Positions 37,632-47,329 of a stretch of 64,000 bases of DNA are shown piece after piece. Source of the stretch: Acidimicrobiaceae bacterium (GTDB lineage: Bacteria; Actinomycetota; Acidimicrobiia; Acidimicrobiales; Aldehydirespiratoraceae); NCBI GenBank assembly GCA_009835735.1, contig VXWX01000019.1:979-64978 (forward strand). The letters run 5' to 3'. Both the position numbers and the translations under genes were made by a program. Under the pieces are notes generated by a model. The model was not told the DNA's origin. It saw nothing but the letters and a program-made list of their open reading frames with translations, and did no database searches. How positions within the stretch are numbered: position 1 is the first letter of the stretch; each line of letters begins with the position of its first letter.

Positions 37632-40606
37632 TTCTCAAGTTCCTTGATCGCTGCGTCGAGTCGACTGAGCGCTGCTGGAATACGCGCGACGACCTTCTCA
37701 AGGGTCTCATCCTCCGACTCTCCGGCACGCCGCTCGTCCAGATCCCTCGCAATCCCGGACATTGCCTGTTCTGCCAGCGCGATGAACCCGCCGGTAGTCG
37801 CCACAGTGTCCGGGAGAATGCTGGCGACTGCCCGAAGCCGTTCGATGAACGGCTTGTCAGCGCCCGTGAGTTCTGCAGCCCTTAGAAGATCCCGGTGCGC
37901 GTTCTCATCCTGTTCGGCGGCAAGGGCACGGAGGCCGTGCGCCGTGTCGTGGTCGCGTAACCGTCCTGCTCGGTGGGCTGCATCAACCAACTCGAGTACG
38001 CGCTGCGTCTGTTCAGACCAGGAGCGGCTCGAGTCGACGAGAGGCACGGCCTCCTGAGCCATGCGTTCCAACACTTCCCATTCGGCCTCCACGGCGGGCC
38101 TTACGGACCGCATGAATCGATCGATGGCCGAGTCATCTGACTCGAGCCGCCATGACTCGGCGAAATCCTGGATCACCGTAAGGATCTGATCCGCTCTCAC
38201 AGCCCGCGTCGCGCCGGTACCACGCGCCTCTCCGAAATGGGCCTCGACGACTGGGCGCAGTCGGTGGTAGGTGGTGTTGGCGGCTGTTGCGACCTGCTGC
38301 CACTTCGGGGAGCGTTGCTCACCCGGGGTCGAACTAGTTCCTCCAAAGAGCGCCGCGAGATAGTCGTGCGAGTCGGTCGCCTCTTCGCACGCCCCCGCTA
38401 CGACAGCGCACACGAGCAGTCCAGCGATTGCCTGAGCTGCCGCTGGCTCGGGCGATTGATCAAGCCTCGCGGTGACGCGATCCGTCCACTCCTCCAGATA
38501 TCGCGCCGCTTGTCGGCGATAGATGTCGGCTTCCGCGTCGTCGATGTCTGGCAGTTGATCAAGGAGGATGAGGCCTTGGAGTGCTGCGGCGGTGTCCGCA
38601 TCTTGTTCAATGACAATGATCGGGTCACCTCGATGCTGCACTGTGACGGAACCCTCGATTCGCAAATCTCTCTCTCGGTTGAAGCGTTCCTCATCGAGGT
38701 TGATCGGCATGGCGCTGAAGTCGAGACTCTGACGAACCGACTTGTGGACGAGTTTCTTCAGTTCGTTCGTAGCGGGAGCGCCGAGGTCTTGCCGATTGCC
38801 AGCCCAGCCGCGCAAGTCAGCAAAGATCTTCGCCCAAGGAGAGCGGAGTCGCGATGCGAGTGTCGCTTCGTCTTCAGGCTCGGGGGCGTCTCCGGCGTGG
38901 CGCGGCCCTCGCGGCTTCTTCGGCCTCGAACGCTGTGTCGGAGGGATCTCCGGCGCTTCGAGCGGATCGAGTCCGAAGGCTGCGAGGGTGGCGTCTCCCA
39001 CTCCCTCGGGCACCTCTGACCAGTACCTCATCGAGTTCACGACCCGCTCGAAGTCGGCCGGTCGCGTGGCCTTGAGTTGGGCTTGGACAAGCGGATCGAT
39101 TGGATCGCTCCGGTCATTGAACGGCCCAACCAGTTCATCAGATGGGAAGTCGGCTCGTCGAAGATCGGTCCCGGCCACTATGAGGAAGCGGTCCACGAGT
39201 TCCCTGACCACCTCGCGCGGATCGAACCGTTCGCCCGACAGCGACTTCACGAGTCGGTTCACTGCTACCGGGTTGTACGGGTAGAGCCCGTACCCCTCCT
39301 CGCTTCGGTCGAACGTCTCGTGGCAATGCACCTGGTGGTCGCACGCGTCGCAGGCGTTTGGCATCCACGCGTCGCTTTGCCGATTGGCCCACAGTTCTTC
39401 GACAATGGCCGGGTCCTGTCGGCAGGCGTTGAGGTATCGACCAAGGAACGACATGGCCTCCTGTTGCCCCAAGCCGTCGGGACCGTAGGCAGTATCTAGC
39501 CAGTAGGCGTCATCGCACCGGGTACGGACAGTGTCAAGTCCGTCGAAATGATGCTCCGTCACCGCGAACAGGACCCGCAGCCCGCAGAGGTCACCGCCAG
39601 GCGATCGCGCCGACTCAATGATCGCATCAAGGAACTCGCGCTCCACCCCATGAAGGACGGTCAAGTCCTCAATGAAGAGAACCAACTCCTTGCCCGAGGC
39701 CAGGAGTTCTTTGCGAACATCTCGGAACACCCCGATCAAGTCGACCTGGTCTGAGACGAACACCCGCTTGACGGCGGAGGGAAGTGCTTCGTTGAGAAGA
39801 TCCAATGCTGCTGACTTGAGGTCAGGGTTCACCAGTTGACTCAACAACTTCTGGGCACCCTTGCTTGCTTCACCGATTTCTGCGAACGCCAGCGGCAGAT
39901 CCTCCTCCACCACCCGTATCGCGTCGTTGTCGAGTCCGTCCTCGTCGCTGCGGCCTCGCATCGCGAGCCCCACGAGACGGGGAATGACCGCACCTTCCCC
40001 GGTGAGGCGCCTGCGTACTACTGGGTCGCGCAGTATGTCTGGCAACTCGCGATGAAGCTTGTCTGCCATCTGTACTGTCCTGCGGTCAGTGAAGTCGGCA
40101 TCCGCCATCGACTCCTCAGACGTGATGAGGGCGAGTTCATCAAGCAGCCGTTCCGCCAGCACATCCTCGCTCTCCGACCGGGCCGGTGCAGTCTCCAGCG
40201 CTTCACGTGCGGCATCGATGGCATCGCCATCGAGGCCCTCGATAACGATCTCGATGACGTTGCGGATGCTGGTGCGGTTCTTCGCCAGGTATCGGCTCTC
40301 CCAATTGTCGCGGCCCTTCGTGCGGTCGGCCACCCAACGGACAAGGTGGGACTTCCCCGTGCCCGACCTTCCCACCACCGGCACGAGCAGGTAGCCGTCA
40401 GGCCTGAGCGGCCCCTCAAGCACCTCAACAATCTTGGTCTCCTCCACCCGCCTTCCCCCGCTTCGCCTGCCCAACGGTCGCCGTTGCAGCTTCAAGGGAT
40501 GGTGCACCGCTTGGAAGTGCCCTGGTCCGAGCGACGCAGCATCCCGGGGGGTGGAGGCTCTCACCGCGTCGTCCGTCCAGCACACGTAGTGATGCATCTC
40601 AGTCAT
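37628..40606 (-). CDS. Large P-loop NTPase of unknown function (DpdH position)
   Basis: 992 aa. Walker A is VVGRSGTGKSHLVRW and a Walker-B-like ELVLFIEDLTVLHG is present. A Cys/His cluster NACDACDHQVHCHETF follows. ATG 40604-40606 overlaps the upstream stop (ATGA). Confidence 0.65.
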   Translation of the reverse strand: MTEMHHYVCWTDDAVRASTPRDAASLGPGHFQAVHHPLKLQRRPLGRRSGGRRVEETKIVEVLEGPLRPDGYLLVPVVGRSGTGKSHLVRWVADRTKGRDNWESRYLAKNRTSIRNVIEIVIEGLDGDAIDAAREALETAPARSESEDVLAERLLDELALITSEESMADADFTDRRTVQMADKLHRELPDILRDPVVRRRLTGEGAVIPRLVGLAMRGRSDEDGLDNDAIRVVEEDLPLAFAEIGEASKGAQKLLSQLVNPDLKSAALDLLNEALPSAVKRVFVSDQVDLIGVFRDVRKELLASGKELVLFIEDLTVLHGVEREFLDAIIESARSPGGDLCGLRVLFAVTEHHFDGLDTVRTRCDDAYWLDTAYGPDGLGQQEAMSFLGRYLNACRQDPAIVEELWANRQSDAWMPNACDACDHQVHCHETFDRSEEGYGLYPYNPVAVNRLVKSLSGERFDPREVVRELVDRFLIVAGTDLRRADFPSDELVGPFNDRSDPIDPLVQAQLKATRPADFERVVNSMRYWSEVPEGVGDATLAAFGLDPLEAPEIPPTQRSRPKKPRGPRHAGDAPEPEDEATLASRLRSPWAKIFADLRGWAGNRQDLGAPATNELKKLVHKSVRQSLDFSAMPINLDEERFNRERDLRIEGSVTVQHRGDPIIVIEQDADTAAALQGLILLDQLPDIDDAEADIYRRQAARYLEEWTDRVTARLDQSPEPAAAQAIAGLLVCAVVAGACEEATDSHDYLAALFGGTSSTPGEQRSPKWQQVATAANTTYHRLRPVVEAHFGEARGTGATRAVRADQILTVIQDFAESWRLESDDSAIDRFMRSVRPAVEAEWEVLERMAQEAVPLVDSSRSWSEQTQRVLELVDAAHRAGRLRDHDTAHGLRALAAEQDENAHRDLLRAAELTGADKPFIERLRAVASILPDTVATTGGFIALAEQAMSGIARDLDERRAGESEDETLEKVVARIPAALSRLDAAIKELEK

Positions 40607-41505
40607 CGCGCTCCGCCTCGCGACACATGCGAAAAGGTCGTTCCGTCGGGTCGGGTGATCCTCGGAGCGTCGGCACGGTCCTCGAAGGTCAAGTGTCCGG
40701 TCGTCTCAAGCCGTCGCAGAGCGTCCGTTGTCGCGGAACTCAGCGGCCCGTCGGGCTCTGACGAACGGTTCCAGTTCCTCTCCACAAACAGTCGGTACGC
40801 GCCTGACTCCATAACGGGAAGGTGCGCACCGAGGGCGGCAACAAAGGAACGGCCATCAAGCGTCGATTCGCTCTCGAATATCGCGGGAATCGAGTCGCGC
40901 ACGGCCGGAGTGGGATCGGGGATCAGGCGTCCGGACGGAGAGCGCCACGCAAAGCCCAGCGAGCACGCCCAGCGCTGGAACGTATTCCATCGAGTGCTGT
41001 TGGAGATCGGCCAGCCGCTCCTATCGTCGTCTTCGCTTTGTCGCGGACCGAAGTCGGCCTCCTGCTGGGACTTCACCGAAGGCGGATCACCCTCCATTCG
41101 GGCGGGCGCATCGGCAGGCCTGAAGGTGAGGTACCACGAAAGAGCGTTAGTGAGGTCGCGCGCGCCTTGCTGGCTGCCCCAGGCAGCGGTGTTCAGCTCG
41201 GCGGACAGGACCCGCCTGCGCACTAGCGCCGCAATCGCTGAGGTTCCACGCCTAGCGGCCTTGATGCTCTCGGGGCTCAATGACACCCGCTCACCGTCGC
41301 GGACGGCGAGGCCGATCTCGACCGCGCTGGCAAGGTTGAGCCTGGCGTCGAGTTGGTGCTTCTGCGGTGACTCGGTGAGGCTCGGCGGCGAGATCGCGTC
41401 GACGATACGGGTCCGTTCATCACGCTGGCCCCGACACTGGGCGAGATAGAGAACTATGACGCTCATCATGCTCGCTCGCAGTTCTGGTGGATTGAGCAAG
41501 GCCAT
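40603..41505 (-). CDS. Uncharacterised protein (DpdG position)
   Basis: 300 aa. The ATG at 41503-41505 is preceded by a GAGGGGGG-like RBS 11 nt after the upstream stop. No motifs are recognised. Confidence 0.55.
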   Translation of the reverse strand: MALLNPPELRASMMSVIVLYLAQCRGQRDERTRIVDAISPPSLTESPQKHQLDARLNLASAVEIGLAVRDGERVSLSPESIKAARRGTSAIAALVRRRVLSAELNTAAWGSQQGARDLTNALSWYLTFRPADAPARMEGDPPSVKSQQEADFGPRQSEDDDRSGWPISNSTRWNTFQRWACSLGFAWRSPSGRLIPDPTPAVRDSIPAIFESESTLDGRSFVAALGAHLPVMESGAYRLFVERNWNRSSEPDGPLSSATTDALRRLETTGHLTFEDRADAPRITRPDGTTFSHVSRGGAR

Positions 41506-41516
41506 GTCACCCCCTC

Positions 41517-44093
41517 CTAGAGAATGCGCTCAAGATCGGCAACGCGAATCGCCCCATCATGGTCTAGAAGTGACCGGCCGGACGCCCCAACACGCAGGCC
41601 GCAGGATCCGAGTACGACGAAGAGGCTCGACCGGGCGCTGCCGTCCAGCAGAGGTTCCGGATCGACGCCCTCGTCCACGATCACTAGCGTCGGGACGCCC
41701 ACCTCGGTGAGCGAGTCGAAGTCGTCGAGCGAGCTGACCATCAGCGGCAGTCGCGCGCCAGCGTGTGGATGGCACCAGTCGCCAACTATGTGAAGCATGT
41801 CGTCTGGCACCGCGAGAAGTTGGATGCCGCCCGCAGTTACGAGAGACCGAACGATGCGCCGGAGTCTGCGGCCGGATTGGATTGTCGACACTTCAACCCC
41901 GACGATCAGCCGCGGTCCCCAGCGGCCCTGCGCTGCGAGTTGATGGAGCCGGGTTGGGTTGGCACGGGGAGCTTCGATTCCGCTGGGGCTGGGAGATGGC
42001 GAAGACCATCTGCGGCAGCCGTACTGACGGCAACGGGCACACCCTCCACAACTCGCGAAACACGCCGTCTGCAACCGAGGGGGACTCGAGATCGAGTAGT
42101 TGCGTCTCAGCAGTTCCCCCATGCACTCTCGAGCGGACAGGGCTGTTCTAAGACTCTTCAACCCTTCACGCGACCCTTCGACCATCCGAGTCCGGACATC
42201 TTCGGCGACCCTGCGCCAGAAGTCCGGCGACTGGTGGTTGCCGCGAAGGATGCGGACGGTCAGCCATCCACCGTCGTCGAGGGGTGGATCGGAATCTGTC
42301 GATAAGTGGTCGAGACTGAAGTCCCAGGCGAGAGCGCCCGCTCGAGCCATCAGGCTGACCGTGAACAGATTCCATCGCTCGTTGTAGTCGGTGTTCTGAT
42401 CCAGATTCCTCGGGACCGCGGTCAGAGGTACTCGGATTAAGTCGGAACCGAGCACATCCCTAGCCTGGAACATCGCGGTCCACCGGTCGCGCGCACGGTC
42501 CGCCGTAAGCACCCGCGGTGTCGCGATGCCGCCTGCGACCTCCTCATCTGCTTCTGTGCGCAGCACCAGGGAGATCATCGGTCGCCCGTCACGTCCACCC
42601 CTCCCCACCTCTTGGTAGTAGCGGTCGAGGCTCTCGGGCACGCAAGCGTGGATGATTGTGCGGACGTCTGGAACGTCGAGGCCGAGCCCGAAGGCGGATG
42701 TGGCGAACACGAGATCGATGGTGGAGGACCGCCCTGGCGAGTCGCGGAGGTCGCGGAGAACGGCCTCCCGGTGTGAGGTCGTAGAAGAGCCGTCCACCAC
42801 TGCGAAGCGGGTGAACCCGTGAGCTGACGCGAGCCGACTGATCCGCTTCGGGGTCAGGGTTCCTGGGCGCGCCGCTCGCTCGTCGCGCAGAGTCGTATAG
42901 ACGATGCCCGGCCGCGGAAGATGTCGCAGCGACTCGATTAGTCGGGCCTCTCTTGCATCCGTGTCAGCCGTGGGCGCGGCCCAGAAGCTCGGCTCGGGCC
43001 GCACAACCGGCGCGCCGACATGAAGGAACGGACCCGGTCGGCCGAAGAGACTCTTGAGCAGGAGCAGCGTATCCCCGGTGATGGTGGCACTCGCAAGCAC
43101 CGTCTTGAACGCCTCGTGGCCAGCGGCGCTCGCCTCGCGCAGCAAGTGAGTGCGCAACCCGGCCAACGCGTGGAAGTGTGGCCGGAAGGAGTCTCCCCAG
43201 GACGCGACGATATGGGCCTCGTCAATGGCGAGCAGTCGGAGCCGACCGCCTGCCGCGGCAGAACTCAGGGGCCGTGCGAGGGAGGTGACGAGAGCTTCAG
43301 GGTTCGTGAAAATGATCGGTTGGCTGCCGGATCGCAGACGAGCTAGGAAGTCAGCCTTCTCGTCCGACGTCAGCCCACCGTGGTAGGCGGTGGGCGGCGC
43401 ATGCGGATGCTGGCTCGCGTACCGCCGCTGCTGGTCGAGCGCGAGTGCAACCGTTGGAACGACGACGGCCGATACAGAGTTGCTGGTCGAGGCGGTAACT
43501 GCTGGCGCGAGCATCGCCAGGGTCTTGCCGCCGCCGGTCGGGAGATTGATGACAAGCGTGCTTCCAGCGCTCGCGATCAGCGCGCTACGAACAGCTGCGC
43601 GCTGACCGGGCGTCCGATACGTCGTGAAGTCCTCGTCGATGAGCGCGAGGAACGGATCTCCGCGTACCGATTCGTCTCTGCGCACCACGCGAAGATCCGA
43701 GACGTCATGGTCAACCGCGGGGACTGAGCGACAGTCGAGCCACTGAGGCGTCCACGGAGCAGCGCGAATGCGTGTCGCGGCCTCGCGGCGCGGTTGAGCT
43801 TCGAGCCCGAAGTCCCTCCACCGATAGTCCGGAGGGAACGACCGAGAATGAGGCACGTCGAGCCAGGCCGCGGTCGCTCCAACTTCAGCGTCGGCACTAT
43901 CCCCCCGCCCGCATGGGCTGCGGCGAACATCGTCGCAGCGGAGCACCTGGCGAAGCAGCACCGCGGCATCCGCTGTTCCGCCGAGCCCATCCGATGCCGA
44001 CTGGAGCGCGGCTGAGATCCGGTCGCAGACCTCGATCCGCTGGCCAGCGGCCAGACAGTAGAGAAGCGACTGAACGTCTTGGACGGTGCGCAT
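41517..44093 (-). CDS. dpdF: RecQ-like DEAD/DEAH-box helicase (DpdF-like)
   Basis: 858 aa. Present are YRTPGQRAAV (Q-motif-like), motif I NLPTGGGKTL, motif II LLAIDEAHIVASWGDSFRPHF (RecQ-style), motif V/VI FATSAFGLGLDVPDVRTIIH...YYQEVGRGGRDG and a C-terminal Cys cluster (CFASCGGCARCRQYGC). Confidence 0.8.
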   Translation of the reverse strand: MRTVQDVQSLLYCLAAGQRIEVCDRISAALQSASDGLGGTADAAVLLRQVLRCDDVRRSPCGRGDSADAEVGATAAWLDVPHSRSFPPDYRWRDFGLEAQPRREAATRIRAAPWTPQWLDCRSVPAVDHDVSDLRVVRRDESVRGDPFLALIDEDFTTYRTPGQRAAVRSALIASAGSTLVINLPTGGGKTLAMLAPAVTASTSNSVSAVVVPTVALALDQQRRYASQHPHAPPTAYHGGLTSDEKADFLARLRSGSQPIIFTNPEALVTSLARPLSSAAAGGRLRLLAIDEAHIVASWGDSFRPHFHALAGLRTHLLREASAAGHEAFKTVLASATITGDTLLLLKSLFGRPGPFLHVGAPVVRPEPSFWAAPTADTDAREARLIESLRHLPRPGIVYTTLRDERAARPGTLTPKRISRLASAHGFTRFAVVDGSSTTSHREAVLRDLRDSPGRSSTIDLVFATSAFGLGLDVPDVRTIIHACVPESLDRYYQEVGRGGRDGRPMISLVLRTEADEEVAGGIATPRVLTADRARDRWTAMFQARDVLGSDLIRVPLTAVPRNLDQNTDYNERWNLFTVSLMARAGALAWDFSLDHLSTDSDPPLDDGGWLTVRILRGNHQSPDFWRRVAEDVRTRMVEGSREGLKSLRTALSARECMGELLRRNYSISSPPRLQTACFASCGGCARCRQYGCRRWSSPSPSPSGIEAPRANPTRLHQLAAQGRWGPRLIVGVEVSTIQSGRRLRRIVRSLVTAGGIQLLAVPDDMLHIVGDWCHPHAGARLPLMVSSLDDFDSLTEVGVPTLVIVDEGVDPEPLLDGSARSSLFVVLGSCGLRVGASGRSLLDHDGAIRVADLERIL

Positions 44094-44094
44094 G

Positions 44095-47000
44095 TCACTT
44101 CCCGATCCGGCCGGGGTCGGCCAGAACGATCACTCCGCAGCCGATCACCTCGACCGCCATCTCCACGCGGCTGGGAACTGCTGACGTAAGCGCCTCGAAC
44201 GTCTGTACCTGTTCGTCTACCGGCTCCAGGCCCGTCGCAGTCCGAGCACGCAGTGCGGCAAGGTGGCCGTCGATCGACGATCTGAGCGACTGCGCCGCAT
44301 GGGCGGCGCGAGGCCCGACCGAGTCGCGACCGTCGAGGATGCGGCTCGCACTCGCGAGACCCTGACCGCACACCGCCTCCCAGTCGAAGTGTTCAGTGAG
44401 TTGATCGAACATCTCCGTTCGCCGCATGAGGTTCCGGTCACTCTTCGCTTTCTCGAAGGGACGAGTCGCTGACCCACCGTCCACCTCCACACCTTGGTCG
44501 GACATGTACACAGTCTCCAGAACAGGGGGCACGAGCGACTCACGCTGGACCTGCAGCCAGGACGTAACTCCCTGCTCGCGGGCGATGCGATCCAGTTCAT
44601 CCGTAGTCCACCCTCGCACCAGGAAGTCCGTCCGAAACACCACCGTAGGCGGCCAGCACCCCCGCTCTGGCCGCATGAAGGCGAATGCAACGCCGCGGTC
44701 ATCGTCGCGGAGGTGGCGCACGATCGCATCCAACAACCCGTGGCCAGGCCTCACGAGCGGCACCTTGCGATCCACGGCCGCCTCACGTGACAGCGCAATT
44801 TCGGTATCGAACCATGGAGCCATCGCACGCTCGAGCGCGAACGGAACTTGAGGGCGCGGGCGGTTGGCGATCCGAAGGCTGCCCTTGGCAGGACTCCACA
44901 TCTTCGCCCCCACTCCGGTCAGCCACGTCTTGAGCGCCGCGCCGAGCCGTGGGTTGGCGTCCTCGTGAATGAGACGCTCGTTGAGGCCGCGGTGGAGGCC
45001 GCTCACCGAGTCAAGGGAGTCGTGCGCCGCGATCCGCTGAGCCTCGACATCAAGGCTGTCGCGTCTTGACTCGACATCGGAGTCGAACACCTCGGCGCCG
45101 CCCGCGATCAACTGGCCCAGCACTTCGGACTCCAGGTCAGCAAGGACATATTGCAGCGACGAGACCGACCGGTCGAACACCCCGCAGGAGTCCGCCGCGA
45201 ACAGGAACCATCCCGACCCGTAGACCTGATCGCCGTAGATGAACACCATCGACTCGACAGGCTGTGACTTGCCGCGGACGAATCGGTCGGCTCGGCCGAG
45301 TCGCTGTTCGAGGCGGAACACGTCCCACGGCAGGTCCAGGTGGACGACCACGTCGGCTGACTGGAGATTGATGCCCTCCTCAGCGCTGGCATCGCAGATC
45401 AGGAGGCGACAGTTCGCGTCCTTTCGCCACCGGTCGACACTCGCCGCGTTCTCCTCCCGTGACCGGGCGCTCAGATGCTCGGCCACTCGGTGCGTCCCGG
45501 AGGAATCCACTACGGCCGAATACACGACCTGCGCCACCCTCGGGTAGGCGCTCGCCACGACGACCTTCCCGAGATCCTTGGCTATGGCCATCCTGACGAT
45601 CTGACGTGCCGTCTCATCAAGAACGATTGGAGCGGCGGCCTCCATTTCACGCCGCCAAGCCTCACCCCTGGACGCGAGCCAGTGCGACACCAGTCCGACC
45701 GCTCCTGCGGACTCGTCGTGATCCATGAGTTCCAGAACTGCATGGGGCAGTGAGCCACAGGCTTGGCCCAGCATCCGTAGTGCTTCTGTCGCTCGCTCGA
45801 CTCCGACCTTCTCTGAGTCGATGAGTTCGGCCATATGCAGTCGGAAGCCTTCGATCAGGTCGATCCGGACTTCTTCGCTGTCGTCGCCGATCTCAACGGT
45901 GAAAGGTCTGCCGCGGCGACGGCCGCGCACGCCGAAGCTGGCGCTGATCTGCGGGCTCCGGCGGGTCCGAAGGAGCCGGTGGTGTAGCCGGTAGGTTTCC
46001 GAGAGATGCTCTCGGACCCTCACTATCCGGTCGGGCCGCTGGGTATCGGTGCAGTCCTGGGTGTGGCTGATAAGCAGATCAAGCGCCTTGTCGTTCGGGA
46101 AGAGGGATCGAAGTTGGTCGGCGAATAGCGAGAAGTCGAAGTCGTCCAAGTCGGGGGTGAGCGAATGGTGAATGAGTGCGAGGTCGTCGCGCATCTCGAC
46201 CCGACGAGTGAACTCGCCGAGATCCTGCGGCTGGTAGTTCTTCGGGTCAAGCAGGTGCAGAAGATCAAGGAAGGCCACCTCGTTCGTGCGGACCGGTGTC
46301 GCCGAGAGGAGGAGAACATCTCTCGCTCCGTGCGCCAAATCGGTCACACGCACCAGCGTCTCCGCCGGTAACGGGCCGGCGTGAGTGAGGTGGTGGGCTT
46401 CGTCAACCACGAGAACGCCCACAGGTCCGTCGGGCCATGTCTCCGGTTCCTCGTGGGCACGGATTCGAATCGAGGCCCTCGGAAAGTGATCAGCATGGAA
46501 CTTACCGATTAACTCTTCGACCCACTGTTGACGGAGGTGGTCAGGAGCCAGCACGAGCACTTCGCCGGTGGGCCGGTCACGCAATGACTGCCACACGAGT
46601 GCGCCGGCCTCGACGGTCTTGCCGAGGCCTACCTCGTCGGCCAGAAGGTACCGATGTTCGTGGTCGTCCGAGACGCTGCGCACGACCGTGAGTTGGTGGT
46701 CATGGAGTTCAACCGATCCCAGCAGAAGTCCGTCAACCCCGGCTGCGGCGGCCCGCAGAACGTGCCACGACGCGAGGAGATCTACTCTTGGCTCGTACAC
46801 ACGCGGGCTGGTGCCACCGAGCGCGGCGAGTATCTCATAGGGATCCTCGATTCGAGGCGCCCATCGGACATCGAACTGGTCGCCCGACAAGATCTCACCC
46901 TCGCGGTTCGGCAAGGCCACGACGTACTGCTCGTCACCGCGGTGGTCGCCGTCGACCCGCCCGCTCCTCCAGCGGTGTCCATCGTGGAAATACACCCGCG

Positions 47001-47247
47001 AATGGGCCCGGATCTCGGCAACAGCGACCTGCTGCAGATCTACCTCGCGCTCGACGTAGGGTTTCTGCACCGGAGCTCGGAAGTAGCGGATGCGAGCAGT
47101 CGCTCCGTCGACGCCCACGAGGCGACCGATGCCCAGTTCTGGCTCGCCGACGACGAACCGGCCCAGATCAGATGGGCCAATCTGAGCGGGACCCGCCCCG
47201 CCAACTCCTCGCCCGGGCTGAGCGCTGGGTGCACGACTCCGCCGCAT
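44095..47247 (-). CDS. dpdE: SNF2/RapA-type helicase-ATPase (DpdE-like)
   Basis: 1050 aa. Present are LHDHQL, motif I LLADEVGLGKTVEAG, motif II LVVDEAHHL, motif III LLLSATPVRTN and the C-lobe LLICDASAEEGINLQSADVVVHLDLPW...LEQRLGRADR. The stop lies 1 nt before the next gene's ATG. Confidence 0.8.
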   Translation of the reverse strand: MRRSRAPSAQPGRGVGGAGPAQIGPSDLGRFVVGEPELGIGRLVGVDGATARIRYFRAPVQKPYVEREVDLQQVAVAEIRAHSRVYFHDGHRWRSGRVDGDHRGDEQYVVALPNREGEILSGDQFDVRWAPRIEDPYEILAALGGTSPRVYEPRVDLLASWHVLRAAAAGVDGLLLGSVELHDHQLTVVRSVSDDHEHRYLLADEVGLGKTVEAGALVWQSLRDRPTGEVLVLAPDHLRQQWVEELIGKFHADHFPRASIRIRAHEEPETWPDGPVGVLVVDEAHHLTHAGPLPAETLVRVTDLAHGARDVLLLSATPVRTNEVAFLDLLHLLDPKNYQPQDLGEFTRRVEMRDDLALIHHSLTPDLDDFDFSLFADQLRSLFPNDKALDLLISHTQDCTDTQRPDRIVRVREHLSETYRLHHRLLRTRRSPQISASFGVRGRRRGRPFTVEIGDDSEEVRIDLIEGFRLHMAELIDSEKVGVERATEALRMLGQACGSLPHAVLELMDHDESAGAVGLVSHWLASRGEAWRREMEAAAPIVLDETARQIVRMAIAKDLGKVVVASAYPRVAQVVYSAVVDSSGTHRVAEHLSARSREENAASVDRWRKDANCRLLICDASAEEGINLQSADVVVHLDLPWDVFRLEQRLGRADRFVRGKSQPVESMVFIYGDQVYGSGWFLFAADSCGVFDRSVSSLQYVLADLESEVLGQLIAGGAEVFDSDVESRRDSLDVEAQRIAAHDSLDSVSGLHRGLNERLIHEDANPRLGAALKTWLTGVGAKMWSPAKGSLRIANRPRPQVPFALERAMAPWFDTEIALSREAAVDRKVPLVRPGHGLLDAIVRHLRDDDRGVAFAFMRPERGCWPPTVVFRTDFLVRGWTTDELDRIAREQGVTSWLQVQRESLVPPVLETVYMSDQGVEVDGGSATRPFEKAKSDRNLMRRTEMFDQLTEHFDWEAVCGQGLASASRILDGRDSVGPRAAHAAQSLRSSIDGHLAALRARTATGLEPVDEQVQTFEALTSAVPSRVEMAVEVIGCGVIVLADPGRIGK

Positions 47248-47329
47248 CGAGCGAGACTATTGGGAAATCCTCATTCAATGGCGAGCCGAGGCGCCCTTCG
47301 GGAGCACGATCGCTCGTTCTTCATCGGCT

